DNA of 63,876 nt, counting the filler, from Reticulomyxa filosa (lineage: Eukaryota; Protista; Foraminifera): the NCBI GenBank assembly GCA_000512085.1. It is 25 parts of 25 records of this genome, joined end to end, with 100 filler letters (N's around TTAATTAATTAA, not from the genome) between each part and the next. Parts side by side here need not be neighbours in the genome. Positions count along the whole stretch, not along the records: positions 12,228 to 16,977 come from ASPP01006711.1; positions 17,078 to 19,293 come from ASPP01018658.1; positions 19,394 to 20,699 come from ASPP01020080.1; positions 20,800 to 22,282 come from ASPP01011243.1; positions 22,383 to 24,757 come from ASPP01006115.1; 20 more parts are not named here. One strand, 5' to 3'. The position numbers and the translations under genes are program-made. The notes below the pieces were generated by a model. That model was not told where the DNA came from, ran no database searches, and saw only the letters and a program-made list of their open reading frames with translations. This document shows positions 12,280 to 24,857 of the stretch, in pieces (position 1 is the stretch's first letter; every line of letters starts with the position of its first letter).

Positions 12280-13601
12280 TTGGAGAGAAGACAACGACGA
12301 GGTAGACAAGACAAAGGAAGAGAACCAAAAAATGAACAGTCAGCAGATACAGTAGGTCCTCGCGAACGTGTCCGCGGTCAGCTGAGCTCTCGAATGCGTG
12401 CGGAAGGCAACTTGTGGCAACGCGTTTGGAACGACAGCCAACCATTGCCTGCGATGGAACAGGAAGTGCTGTATGACTTTGACACAAACGGCAATGAAAT
12501 CATCAAATGGCTGTGCAATTTGCAACCCAAATACGTGCTCAATGAAATCTGTCAAATCGCTTTAGGCAACGTGTTGTCCATTTTTGAACGCACTCCCGGC
12601 TTGGATCGCTCCGTCCAAGGGCTATTGCTCCAACACCAGGACTTGGTGAATCACTGTCGTTCCTTTTGGATAGACCCTCGTCTGGACCAAACTGATCAAA
12701 TCAATTCGGCCAATCAAACAGATCAGATCAATCCTCAGATCTCTTCCGAACATGAACCGCACGACAACAAAAGTCCTCTCCCGTCACCATCGGCCCCCTT
12801 CTCTTCCCCTTCGTTCTCTTCTCCTGCTTCCTCCTCGCCCACTTTTACACAGCCTTATCTCGACTTGCAAAAAACTTTGGATTGGTGTCAAGTTTTGTTT
12901 TTTTTTTTTTTTTTTTTGCTTGTTATATTATTTTACATACGTATACATACATATATATATGTATATATATGTGCGTATATATGTACATGTGTGCACGTAT
13001 GTCTATAAAAGGAATTGCGATGGGCAGAAATGAATTTCAGCTGTGCGGCTGCGTTGACGTTTCTCTTTCCTTCTGCTCAATGCCAGAATTTATTGGAAAA
13101 ACTTATCTTGCCACCCTACCATTGTGCTCAGGTGTTTCTTTATTTATTTCATTTGGTTATATATATATGCATATACATATATACATATATATGTATGTGC
13201 ATATTTGTTGTCATTTCCTTCTCTTTTCGATCCCATGATAGTGCGTGAATGAGGACGAAAAGCAAGCTGTTTTGAAGATTGTTGGCACTCGCAAAAAGAT
13301 AAAAGATTTGCAATCGCCTCCGCTCTCCTCCGATGACACGTCCAGTGATGATGACAGTGGCAATGATAACGAAAATCTCCAGAAAAAACACTCTTCACAA
13401 AAAAGCGACAAATCCAACCTAACCAAGGAACGCCCAAAATCCGTTTATCAATTGGGCAAACCCCAGTCCAAAGAGTTTTCTATTGTCTCATCTCTACCCC
13501 GACCACACCCACACTCACCTGCAACACCCAATCGCATGTACGTCAAAATTTCCGAATATGGATTCCGCTTTGCCTTAGCCACTGGTTATGTTCAAACTTA
13601 G
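12280..13601 (+). CDS. RAB3GAP1: Rab3 GTPase-activating protein catalytic subunit, 3' part (spliced)
   Basis: RGQLSSRMRAEGNLWQRVWNDSQPLPAMEQEVLYD and the C-terminal KEFSIVSSLPRPHPHSPATPNRMYVKISEYGFRFA match conserved Rab3GAP1 blocks. Two microsatellite-rich introns lie at about 12892-13010 and 13132-13241. Confidence 0.88.
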
Positions 13602-14128
13602 TAGTCACCAAAAATGATTCCAAAAATGTGGAAAAAAAAAAGAGACGGGCGAGGGAGCAAACAAACAAAAAAATCGAAGAAATTGAAAGCTCCAAAATGA
13701 AATTTTTAGCTTTTTTGTTTGCCAAACTTTGTGCGCAAAATTGCAAATACAAAACACTGTTATATTGAGTGAGCCATTCTTTTCGCGACTTAAATCAAAT
13801 TTTTTTTTAATAAGGAAAAAAACAGTAGAATGCCATAATTAATAATACACAATGACTCCTTTGATTATTGTTCAAATTGTCATGCATGCAGGTTGAAACA
13901 AAGTTTGTTGCGGATGATTGAATGCATAAAAAGAAAAAAAAACAATTCAAGTTTAACAGTGGTCTCCAATTTCATTTAAGAAAAAACCAAAAAAGAAAAA
14001 ATCATACATATGTTGCATTTTAGGACAAAGCAACGAAAAATATAAAAACTTTCATTTCTTCCTTAATTGATATTTTATTTTTTCTCGCTTTAAATGTGTT
14101 GCTTAATGTGAAAATAAAAAGATGCTAT

Positions 14129-14903
14129 TTACTCATTCGTGACAGCGAACTTGTCGACTTCAATATCAAGTTCGGCGGAATTGATGCCGGGGATACAACA
14201 CCAACAACTCCAAAGCCAAGACATAACCACGACAAATAAAACAAGCATAGTGATGACACCTGCAGGTTGGCTACCCGTTATGAACTGAATTGCCACACCA
14301 ATGCCAATTGCCACTGTCACACATAACGAATACACAAACACCTATGCACGATTCATATACACATACAAAAAAAAACAACCAACTCACATTTAATAACTTT
14401 GTGTCCCAAAGGGGGACCCATAAAAACAAAAAAAAAAGAGAAAAAAATTAATTTCGCAAATCCGGTGCTCAGTTGACTTACTTTGGCGCATTTGTATGGA
14501 CAATTAGTTTTATCTTCCAGTGGTGCACGAGTTTCGACATCATGGCCATCTATAAACAATCGAAGTCTTTTGACAGGGGGCTCGTATGAACCATAGTCTA
14601 GCAAGGCTGTAAAGTCACGATTTGGAAATTCTTCCAATTCAACTGTTTGTTGGTATTGTGTACAACTGCTCCCGCTTATCTTAGGGGGAATCAAGTAATC
14701 TTTTATTTGACCGTTGATTTCTTTCTTGTTGATCACTACGGGTTGAGGGCAAGGGCCCACCTGTGCCATTCATTTTGCCTTTTTTTGTTTACTTGCCATT
14801 TTCTCAAAGTTTTTTGACGGAAACTTACATTCATATGCAATTCGATATTCCGAGTTTTAGAACTATCATTTGAATCTCTTAATTTCAGAAACTTGGATGG
14901 CAT
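14129..14903 (-). CDS. Hypothetical membrane protein (spliced, two C-terminal TM helices)
   Basis: Three consecutive minus-strand ORFs separated by intron-like T-rich segments. The last exon is hydrophobic (SLCVTVAIGIGVAIQF..VITMLVLFVVVMSWLW). No family recognised. Confidence 0.5.
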
Positions 14904-15364
14904 CTTTTTTTTTCCTTCCCTCAATTTCCTCTGTAGAAACCCCGTTCACTGACACAGAAGAGAAAGTAAAGACACGTTTTCTTGATTTAACACTTGCATT
15001 CTTCTTCGAGGGAAAATGACAGTTAGGTTATAATTTGTGGATTGGCTGCGTCACCAAAGTAAACTGTTTGAAATAGTGGGCAATACACATGATAATTAAT
15101 GTTTTACAGTTATTTATTTGAAGCTTAGCAAAGTTGTTTCAATACTCATTGATTAACTTAGATCCCTCCAGGAGGTGACGTGGGTTACTAAACAAAAAAT
15201 TCTATTAGTTAATCAATAAATCGTCTACCAATTTTTGTAAACTTCCTAACAAAAAAAGACTGTATACAAGGGACTTTTTTTAATACTTGTCACAAAATCG
15301 TGTGTTTTTGTTATATCCTTTTTTTTTCAGCTGCCCTCTTTAGAAAATAATTGCAGTTTAAAAA

Positions 15365-16915
15365 ATGGAAGACATTAATTGGAAGGATTACGACGAAAAA
15401 CAAAACGAGGCAGTCTGTCAAGCATTCAACGAACTAGAACAAAAAATAAAAGATGTGAAAAAAAGTATGAAAGAAAACAATATTGGACGACTATTGCAAA
15501 AAGAAAAGGAAAATTATGAGAAATTTGAGCGAGTGACAAAAGAGCTAAGTAAGTTTGTGCAGTACTATAATGAAAAACGGGCAGCGCATCAACGGCCTCC
15601 AGGCCAAAGTAAGTATCAAGAGTTTTACGATAAGTTAATGGCGGCAATGGAAAAATCCTCGGAATGGAAAAAAAGATTTGTGGACGCCTTGGCCAAAAGT
15701 ACAAGTCACGTCAATGTTCTGCTCATGGATACAAAATCGCAATTAAAGAAAATAAAAGAGTCAAAAAAACGTATACAAAAACAGAAAGATTGTGTAATGA
15801 AAAACAAGGAAACGAGACAAATGCTTCAAACATTTATAAAATGGGATAAAGAAATGCAAGTGCATTTGGAAGCAATCATGGCCGAATGGGAAGACTTACA
15901 CCGTTTGTCGGAAAACCTAAAACTTGACTGGATAAGCATCAGTACGTATCCAAGCCACAAACTATCGTTATGCGTATCCATACGTATATAAATATATGTT
16001 CGAGCAACGACAAAAAAAAAAAAAAAAAAAAGATATATACGTATATCTGTGTGTATGTGTGTGTGTATGTACGAAAATCATGGGAAAAACAGTAGACAAA
16101 CTCGACCAATGGCTAAAAAAAAAAGTGAGATCCTAGAATCCCATACAAAGGCGTCCACATGGCGGCTCTATTACCTTCTAGAATATAGAACAGTTCTTGG
16201 AATAATTCTTGGAGTGATTGGAAAAGCAGTATGTGGGGCCGTATGTGGTGCAAAAATTGGAGTGTGGTTTGGATTACCCGGTTTACTCATTGGAATAGCA
16301 GGTGGATTGGTATGTGGAACAGTGATAGGGGTGGGTCAATGGCTTTGGGAAAGACACCAAAAAAAGAAAAGTGAAGAAGAGGAGCGGCTCAGAGCTTCGA
16401 TCTTAGAGTCACGTACAATAGATAATTATTCTGCAGTTGCGAGAAATTATTCCTTTGATGGCCAAGAATGTGAAGAAGAGGAGCGGCTCAGAGCTTCGAT
16501 CTCAGAGTCACCTACAATAGATAATGATTCTGCAGTTGCGAGAAATTATTCCTTTGATGGCCAAGAATGTAATGCATCTTTGCCGTGTCTTGATGGAATC
16601 GAAAAGTTTTCGAAAGAACAATCGGAGTTTCACAAAAGTATAACCGAAGAGGAATTTATTGAATCCACCAAAAAAAAAATGCAAGGACATAACGATATCG
16701 TGAAACAAATGAAACAATGTCTGGATAAGATCGAAGAAATGGAGGCAGAAGGCTCTGAAGGAAGTAAGGAAATAGAGATTGCGCACCTGTTTGATTTTTG
16801 TCAAGATGATGCATTTTTTGAACGCATAATCTCAATCATTGAGTACTTTATCGAGGATGGAGACGATATAAAAAAAAATATCGATTCATTTTGGAAAGTG
16901 TGTTTAAAGAAGTAG
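15365..16915 (+). CDS. Coiled-coil protein with a central glycine-zipper hydrophobic hairpin
   Basis: ORFs 15365 and 16049 join through a phase-2 GT-AG intron at about 15946-16095. Charged helical regions flank VLGIILGVIGKAVCGAVCGAKIGVWFGLPGLLIGIAGGLVCGTVIGVG (GxxxG repeats). Confidence 0.7.
16371..16570 (+). repeat. In-frame 99-bp tandem duplication (2 copies)
   Basis: 16371-16469 and 16470-16568 differ at 3 positions. The unit encodes EEEERLRASI(L/S)ES(R/P)TIDN(Y/D)SAVARNYSFDGQEC. Confidence 0.97.
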
Positions 16916-19393
16916 ATACCAATCAAACATTTTTTTGAGGCTATTATGTTTGATTGACTGTTTCTCTTTTTTTTTTTNNNNNNNNNNNNNNNNNNNNNNN
17001 NNNNNNNNNNNNNNNNNNNNNTTAATTAATTAANNNNNNNNNNNNNNNNNNNNNNNNNNNNNNNNNNNNNNNNNNNNTAATTACAAGAAAAACAATCTTT
17101 GTTTTCCGAAATTAAGTAAAGACTTGAGATAATATGTCATTTTTTCGCACAGTAAATTGCAAGTCTCTTTGCAATAATTTGATCATTTCCAATGATCAAA
17201 TTTTTGATTCTGAAAGAAAACAAGGAGTTTGTTTGACAAGCATTTTCACTCATCAATCTAGACACTTACCCTTTTTTTTAAAAGAAAGGAAAACGTACTC
17301 TTGAACACTTCAAGCAACCGTTTTGTCAAAGCAAATGCAACGAACTCAGTTTTTGTTTTTTTAACTAACCAGGACAGTGCCTTATTGAACAGTATTGTTT
17401 ATTTGATCATTTTTCAAACTTTTCTTTAGGATAAAAAAAATGAATTAGTTGCAGCGATTAAGAAAAGAAATTATTTTTCATTCGATATAATAAACTAATT
17501 AAAAAACTTAAATAAATGAAAAATAATAAAACGAATAAGATATTATCATAAGCATAGTGTTATCCTTTACTCAAGGAGTGTTTAATCACTCATGGTTAGT
17601 AATTACCCAAGATAAGAGCCAGGAAAGCCATTCGCACGTACATTCCATATTGCATCTGCTGGCAGTACTTGGTTCTAGGATTATAGTCACACTTGGTTAT
17701 CCTCAATCAATTTACTTTTCAATTCATCCGGAAAGGGGGAAAGTTCAAGGACACTAAGTGGATTTTGACATTTCTGAATTTGAACAAAGCAGGAGCCAAT
17801 GAATGCATAGTCCTTTCATATTCCAATTGCACATTTTTTTTAAAAACCTTTTAAAAAAGTATATCATCCTTTTTTTTTTTCTTCCTCCTCTTCGAAACTT
17901 GTGCAGCAATGGCAGCTTGTTTTGCTGCACCTTTGGTAGGATGACATTTACACACTGCGTTGCAATATTGGGTCAACAGTGAAGTTTGTCGTCCAATGCC
18001 TCGCCTTGTTGAATCGTCGCTTGGAAAAAGCTGCATGTTCTTGTCAAGGGCTCGTAAACAATACATCGGAGTATTTTGTTGGTGAAATCGTTAGAAGCGA
18101 TTCGTCCTCGTGTAACACACATTATGAATATACTGTGTCCAAAAATACTATGTGCAAACAACCTTGAAGAATTAATCTTTTTAAAAAATTATCAAACATG
18201 TTTTCTAAGCTAGAGAACGATATAAATGCATATAAGAGCCTTGAAAGATGGTTCCATAAATTACTGTTGTCTCAAGTAGCAATCCGTTTGCGTAAAGGTA
18301 TCGCCAACTATTGTAATGCCATCCATAAATTCATTGATATGATTTGATCATTTTTCGAAAATAGCATAAAAAGAAATCAAATAGTGTTTCCATACATCCT
18401 CATGTGATATTTTTTTAAATTACTTCTTAATTTTTCTTAATATCCATTGAACAAAAAGCAATATTATTGATTTGCTGTTCTATCGACAATTTTCATTGTT
18501 TTCTTTAATAAACTTTTTACAACAGAGTTGAGAAAATTTATTCAAATTTACAATTTTTGTCAATAAAAAATGAAATTTATCAACATATTTGATGAAATAA
18601 TCAAAAAAAAGAATTTAAAAATTTTCAATAATAAATGATAATTATAAAAAGTGTGATGCATGTTATGATAATTGGGGGTATAATTAAATTTTTAAGTTTT
18701 GCTTATTAAGTCATAACTCGCTCACGTGTTGCTGGGGTCAAGGTGATTTAATTAATATCTTTTTTTAAAAAAATTTGTTATAATGTACAAATCTGCATTA
18801 ATGAACATGTCATAAGTACCCATTTCATTTTTCGTGCGTTACACTTTTTTTTTTAGTTATTGGAAAAATGTGACAGCAATTTTCAATAAAAATATTTAGA
18901 AAGGCAGCTAAAAAACGAGATAATTGAAATACTCAAAAATTGCACTGGTAATAGATATTATCAGTTAGTTTTTCTATTTGAATGAATTATCCTTATAAAG
19001 TGACTTGACATATCAAGTTTTTGTCTTTAACTGTTGTCCTTTACACGCAGTGTATACGAACTTGAAGTCAGTCCAAGTACGTTTCGTGCATTGGGACAGC
19101 TGACAGCAGTTTATTATAAAGCAATTTAATACTCAAGAAAGAGTGCTTGTGATTAGTACTCTTGAATGATACGCATATCTGAAAGTTGATAAGAAAAAGA
19201 AAGATAAGAAACGCTTATTGCTGATTTTTAGCAGAACGATATGAAATTTGAATTACTTTTGCTTATTTACAAAAAATCAAACTATTCCACCATNNNNNNN
19301 NNNNNNNNNNNNNNNNNNNNNNNNNNNNNNNNNNNNNTTAATTAATTAANNNNNNNNNNNNNNNNNNNNNNNNNNNNNNNNNNNNNNNNNNNN

Positions 19394-20526
19394 AAACATG
19401 AAAAGCATGAAAAGCACGAAAAGCACGAGAAACATGAAAAGCGTGAGAGACGCAAAGCACAAAGAAAATTGTCGAATGTGTCATTAGATCCGAATTTATT
19501 TCGAAAACTGACAAATGTGAGACACACACGCCAACAAACAAAAATTGATGGACCAAACAAAATGACCCGAGAAGAATTGACAGCCTACGAATCTTTAAGA
19601 CAGCAACAGCAAAAGGGAGCATTGCCACAGTCGTATGGCAACTACGGCGAAGTAACGGAGACGATCAATCAAAATACGATTGACATTCGGGACATTGAGC
19701 CCTATGTTACTCAACTACTGGAACAAAAGCAGCAGCTCGCAGACGAGTTGAAAGAGCAACAACATAATTTCGAGGACATGAAACGTCAGCATGACCAATT
19801 GAATGATTTGATCAACGACTACCAAAGGCAATTGGAGAAATTGCAATTGGAAAAAGAACAAAATTTGAATGACCTCAAAGTGGTACGAATCATAAGCATA
19901 TGACAACGCTCTCATAAAATAAAATAAAAATAAAAAATTCTTATAATTAAATTTACTTTGACACAAGAAATTTCCAAAGAAATTTCTTGGTTTCCCCCCC
20001 TTTTTTTGGTTTACTTTGTTAGTTTGTCTTACATTCGCTGTGGGTGCGTACAGCTCAAAGAACAACTCGCACAAGGCGAAGAGATCCGAAAAGCATTGGT
20101 CGAAGAACACGAAGAACGAATCAAACTGGTGGAAATAGAAAAGGAAAAACAAGTGGAGCGATTGGACACGGACCAAGATCGTGTCCAAGTGGAGTTGGAC
20201 AAAGTAATCCACGAAAACACGGAATTGCGCAAGCTTTTGGACGAAAGAGAGACAACAATGTACAAGCTGCAGCAACGCGCCAATAATTATACGTTGTTGG
20301 CACAGGAAAAAAAAGTATTGGAAGTCAAATATGCAAACTTGCAAAAAGAGCACGAGCAATTGAATGAAAAAGTGGACAAGCTGCACGCGCTCTTACAAAA
20401 CTATGAGTTGGAAAACCAACAATTGGTCGAAGAAAGAGGAGAACTGGAAGAAATGCAAGCAAGCATTATGACCACGACATCTAAAAATACGGGGAAAAAT
20501 TTTTTATCTGCCAAACAAGATCCAAG
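19394..20526 (+). CDS. Coiled-coil protein, internal fragment
   Basis: The frame is open from the contig start (KHEKHEKHEKHEKHEK). Heptad-rich Q/E/L exons are separated by an intron at about 19884-20053. No family recognised. Confidence 0.65.
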
Positions 20527-20799
20527 TTTGTTTTTTTTTTGTTTTGTTTATATACCCAAAAAAAAAACAACAACAAAACTCCCTCATTCCCATCAATGGG
20601 ACAATAATTGTTACATATTTAATGTATGTTATTGACACGAAGTATACATGCATATTTATTTATTTATTTATTTGTATATACCTGTAATTTTAAAAAAAAN
20701 NNNNNNNNNNNNNNNNNNNNNNNNNNNNNNNNNNNNNNNNNNNTTAATTAATTAANNNNNNNNNNNNNNNNNNNNNNNNNNNNNNNNNNNNNNNNNNNN

Positions 20800-20835
<36 letters not shown>

Positions 20836-21073
20836 TTTTAGGGAACAGCAGGACATCAATATTTGTTCCTTTTCCCAAGAGGACAGCAAGTCATTGGTTG
20901 AGTACACCACACTTGTCTTCACATACAATAACAATAGCACAAAGTGACACACATTAAATCCTACGATTGTAATATCTTATTTTTGTGCCTCTTCCTTATT
21001 TTTTCCTATTTGCGGAGAGAAAAAAAAAAAATAAAAACACGTTGCGAAAAAGAAACAAACAAACAAAAAAAAG

Positions 21074-22073
21074 GGCATGTCCAACCGACGGGTATGTTTG
21101 GGAACTCGATTGCACTTGGTCAGCAACAACAACAACAACAACAGCAACAACAACAACAACAACAATCACAATCACAACAAATGTTGTTGATGCAACAATT
21201 ACAATCTCAACAATCGCAGCCGCAATCCACAATCTCCATTCCAATGACGATCACCACGTCTCAGTCCACTTCGCAGCCCACGTTTGCAGTGGCAACCAAT
21301 ATGCCGTTGCTATCTCACTTGCAAGCTCAAGCCCACGCGCAAGCCCACGCGCAAGCCCAAGCTCAAGCTCAAGCCCAAGCTCAAGCTCAAGCACAGGCTC
21401 AAGCTCAGGCTCAAGCACAGATCCATATGCAATCCAGCGTGTCGTCGCAATCCTCGATGACAATGACAGGATCCCATCCCCTTTTGCAGCAGTCACAGAC
21501 GGATGAAAACGGCAACGTTGGTCACATGAAAAATATGCATGATCTCAATCCCAACCTCTTTATCGATTCCAGAAATAATGTCGAAGGTTCCATCACTCAT
21601 CCCGTTCAATCGCAAAGCGTCCTTGTCACATCTCCCAATCTTACCGAACAATTGTGGCAAGCCATATTATTTAATTCACCTTATGGACAAAAAGTTTGTC
21701 CTTCCTCTCCTTTTTGTCTGTGCTTTTTTTTTTTTTTTCCTCTCTCCTTCCTCCTTCCTCTCCCCTACACAATTGTGTTAATCCTCAAGTCTTTTTTGAA
21801 ACAGAGCTCATATATGAACAAATACAAACTTTATCTATATTTAAATACAAATATGTATATTTATTAAATTTTTTTTTTTGCGTTACAAAACAGCTCCAAC
21901 AATTGACCCAGCAGATGCAGTTACTCGAACAACAGCAAAACAAAGTCAAACTGGAAATTCATCACATAGAGCTTAATGCGCATGCCCAATCGACACACGT
22001 TCACCAAATCCCACTTTACCGAGAAAAGCAGCAGGAATTCACCGATCTCTCCAACAAACTGCTGGAGTTTCAA
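21074..22073 (+). CDS. PolyQ / QA-repeat low-complexity protein fragment
   Basis: (CAA/CAG)n polyQ at 21121-21165 and (QA)n at 21322-21420, with a second Q-rich helical exon at about 21894-22073. Typical of transcriptional regulators, but no domain was identified. Confidence 0.6.
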
Positions 22074-22224
22074 GTGAGTTGTTTGAGCATTTGAGACATA
22101 TACATACATATATATACTTTCGTACATGTATATTGTTTTCTTTTTTTTTTTTTTTTATTCAATTAAAAAAAGTTTTTTTGAGTACCCTTTATGTCTTTCC
22201 TTTTTCCTTCAATGGATCTTTTTG

Positions 22225-22259
<35 letters not shown>

Positions 22260-23224
22260 AGGGAAAAGAATGTGTGTCAAATNNNNNNNNNNNNNNNNNN
22301 NNNNNNNNNNNNNNNNNNNNNNNNNNTTAATTAATTAANNNNNNNNNNNNNNNNNNNNNNNNNNNNNNNNNNNNNNNNNNNNTTTTGCTTACATTTGTGT
22401 TCCTTTTTTTTTTTTTTTCTCAACTTTTTTCCAATTTTGCGAAACCAACGGTTGGTTCGTTGATGAAACACATGCATAATATCTTTCATCTTGACTTCGT
22501 TGATTCATGTCAGACAATGGTCGAGCAGTTACATTCGAACTCTTTGTTCAACGTTCCGTATTTTTCGTCATTTAAAAACAAAACAAAACAAAACAAAACA
22601 TACAAAGCTAACATCTCTGCTTTTGCGCAATGACGCATTCCGAATTTTATCGAAAAAGACGGGATGTGCCTTTGATGTTGTGACACACTCCTAACTTTGC
22701 CTTTTTTGAAAATTTTGGTTAACTTGACTGGATTTGTTATAGATGTCACTGGTACCAATCCGTGGTTGCTTGCGTTCCATGGCTTAACTCTTCACCTTTG
22801 GTTGTTGCTATGAATAGGTACTAGAAAACGTTTACTTCACGCGTAATACGAAGAATGTGATTGGATTTGTTTTGGAAAATTTCTCTTCCAAAAAAAAGAA
22901 ATCAATCAAAATTTTATTCAAAACGACTTATGAGGGGCTATTAAAAAAAAAAAGAATTCTTCCCATACAGTTCAGAACATCAGGAAACAAAGCAAAAAAG
23001 TAATATGCTGAGAGTTTTGTTTGAAATTTTTTGCATTTGATTATTTTCTCAAACCGCTTTTGTTGTCTGCGTGTTGTCTTGATTGCTATACAAGATTGGG
23101 TAAAAAAATTAAAAAGAAAAAACGATTTGATCAAGGTAAAGGACAACTGGAACAGTATTTACTTGATGTTCTGAGCCAAAGAAAAAAGTATCGTACAAAA
23201 AACTATATAGTCCTGTTGTGTTCA

Positions 23225-23885
23225 ATGTGGAAAGGATTAAAAAAATATAAACCATCAACACTCAGTGTGTTCATTGGAAATGCGAGGTGTTTTACCAATA
23301 TCAGTAGTGATATTCCCGGTCTAACAAACCGAGTTTATCATGGAAAACCTAGTCAAGTGAAATTTGGGGAAACCGACATCAAACACTTGCGGACGCCGTG
23401 TTGCCTGATAAACAAAGACGTGGTCAGTTCAAACTGCAATAAAATCCAGGAATTCATAGGAAAAGAGAAGTTGAAGCTGCGTGCACATATGAAGTCCCAC
23501 AAAACCAAGGAAATTGGGGAGATGCAATTGAGTCAGTACCCGTCGTATCAAACCGAGACACGAATAGAAGTGTCGACACTACCGGAGCTGTGGTTTTATG
23601 CAAGCCAGGAATATTTCGACCATATATTGTACGGAGTGCCGTTAAGTGCATCGAAAATCGATGACATTTACCAAGTGTGCGTGTATCAGTATACAAAGCA
23701 TCGACATGCCCACAAAAAGATCCAAGTGCTCATTGACAATTTGGAGGTGGCACAGCAGCTGCTTGACTTTAGTATTAAGCAAGACTCAAACTTTAAATGG
23801 AACATTTTCATCAAAGTTGATTGTGGCTACCATCGGTACCAACTTAAGAAAAAAAAAAAAAAAAAGTAATAATAATAATGATCTC

Positions 23886-23919
<34 letters not shown>

Positions 23920-24693
23920 AAGAGCAGGGATTGATATATCTTCCGGATCAGAAGAAGTAGAAAAATTGGCTCAATTTTTATTTGACAATGAGGACATATT
24001 CAAACTGGAGGGATTGTACAGCTACTCAGGACAGACATACAGTACCAAAGGCGAAAGGTACATCCAGGAATCATTCGAAAAGGAGTGCAATGTCATTAAC
24101 AAGTGCTTGCAAACTTTGAGCCAGCGCGGTTTGACAATTGACACCGTTTCGGTTGGATCGACACCGGTGGTGTCATTGTGCAAGAATGTGAAAGGCAAAC
24201 AAAACTGGGGCATTCAAGTCCAAAATGAAAAGACTGAAATTGAAATGCATCCCGGAAATTATGTGTTTTATGATGCAATGCAATATGAATATCACAGTTG
24301 TCAAGACATTGCGCAACAAATTGGATTGACAGTATTGTGCCGGGTCATTGGAGCTTATGAAAATCGACAAGAATGGCTTGTCGATTGTGGCAGTGTGGCG
24401 CTGTCGAAAGACAAACATGATCACAATGATGGCAACATTGTTGGTTCTGGTTATGGTATGCTATTAGGATTCCCTGAATTGGAGCTGTACTCTTTATCTC
24501 AAGAGGTTGGCATCATTCGCGTCAAAAAAGATTGCAAACACAAAAAATTTGTAGACTTTAGGCTAAAGCCAAATGATGTGTTGAGAGTCATCCCCTTTAC
24601 TCTTGTCTGGCTGCTTGCCAGTATCCATTTTATTATGTTGTCAATAATCACAACAAAGTCATTGACATTTATCAAAAAGTTATGGGATGGTGA
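23225..24693 (+). CDS. D-serine dehydratase / D-threonine aldolase family PLP enzyme (fold type III)
   Basis: Motifs LRTPCCLI, LRAHMKSHKT (PLP Lys), KVDCGYHR|AGID (intron 23836-23922), SVGSTP, EMHPGNYVFYD, DCGSVALSKD and LSQEVG. Restoring one base near 24598 gives IPFHSCLAA...KVMGW* with the H-x-C metal ligands. Confidence 0.9.
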
Positions 24694-24857
24694 AACAACT
24701 TTGTATATTTTTTCAGTTATTTGTAAACTTGAAAAAGGTTTTTTCCCTTTTTTTTTTNNNNNNNNNNNNNNNNNNNNNNNNNNNNNNNNNNNNNNNNNNN
24801 NTTAATTAATTAANNNNNNNNNNNNNNNNNNNNNNNNNNNNNNNNNNNNNNNNNNNN

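Noticed and set aside
10893-13250. ORFs rich in YIYI/CVCV/FFFF/KKKK
   Set aside because: They are translations of intronic (TA)n, (TG)n and poly-T/A tracts, not proteins.
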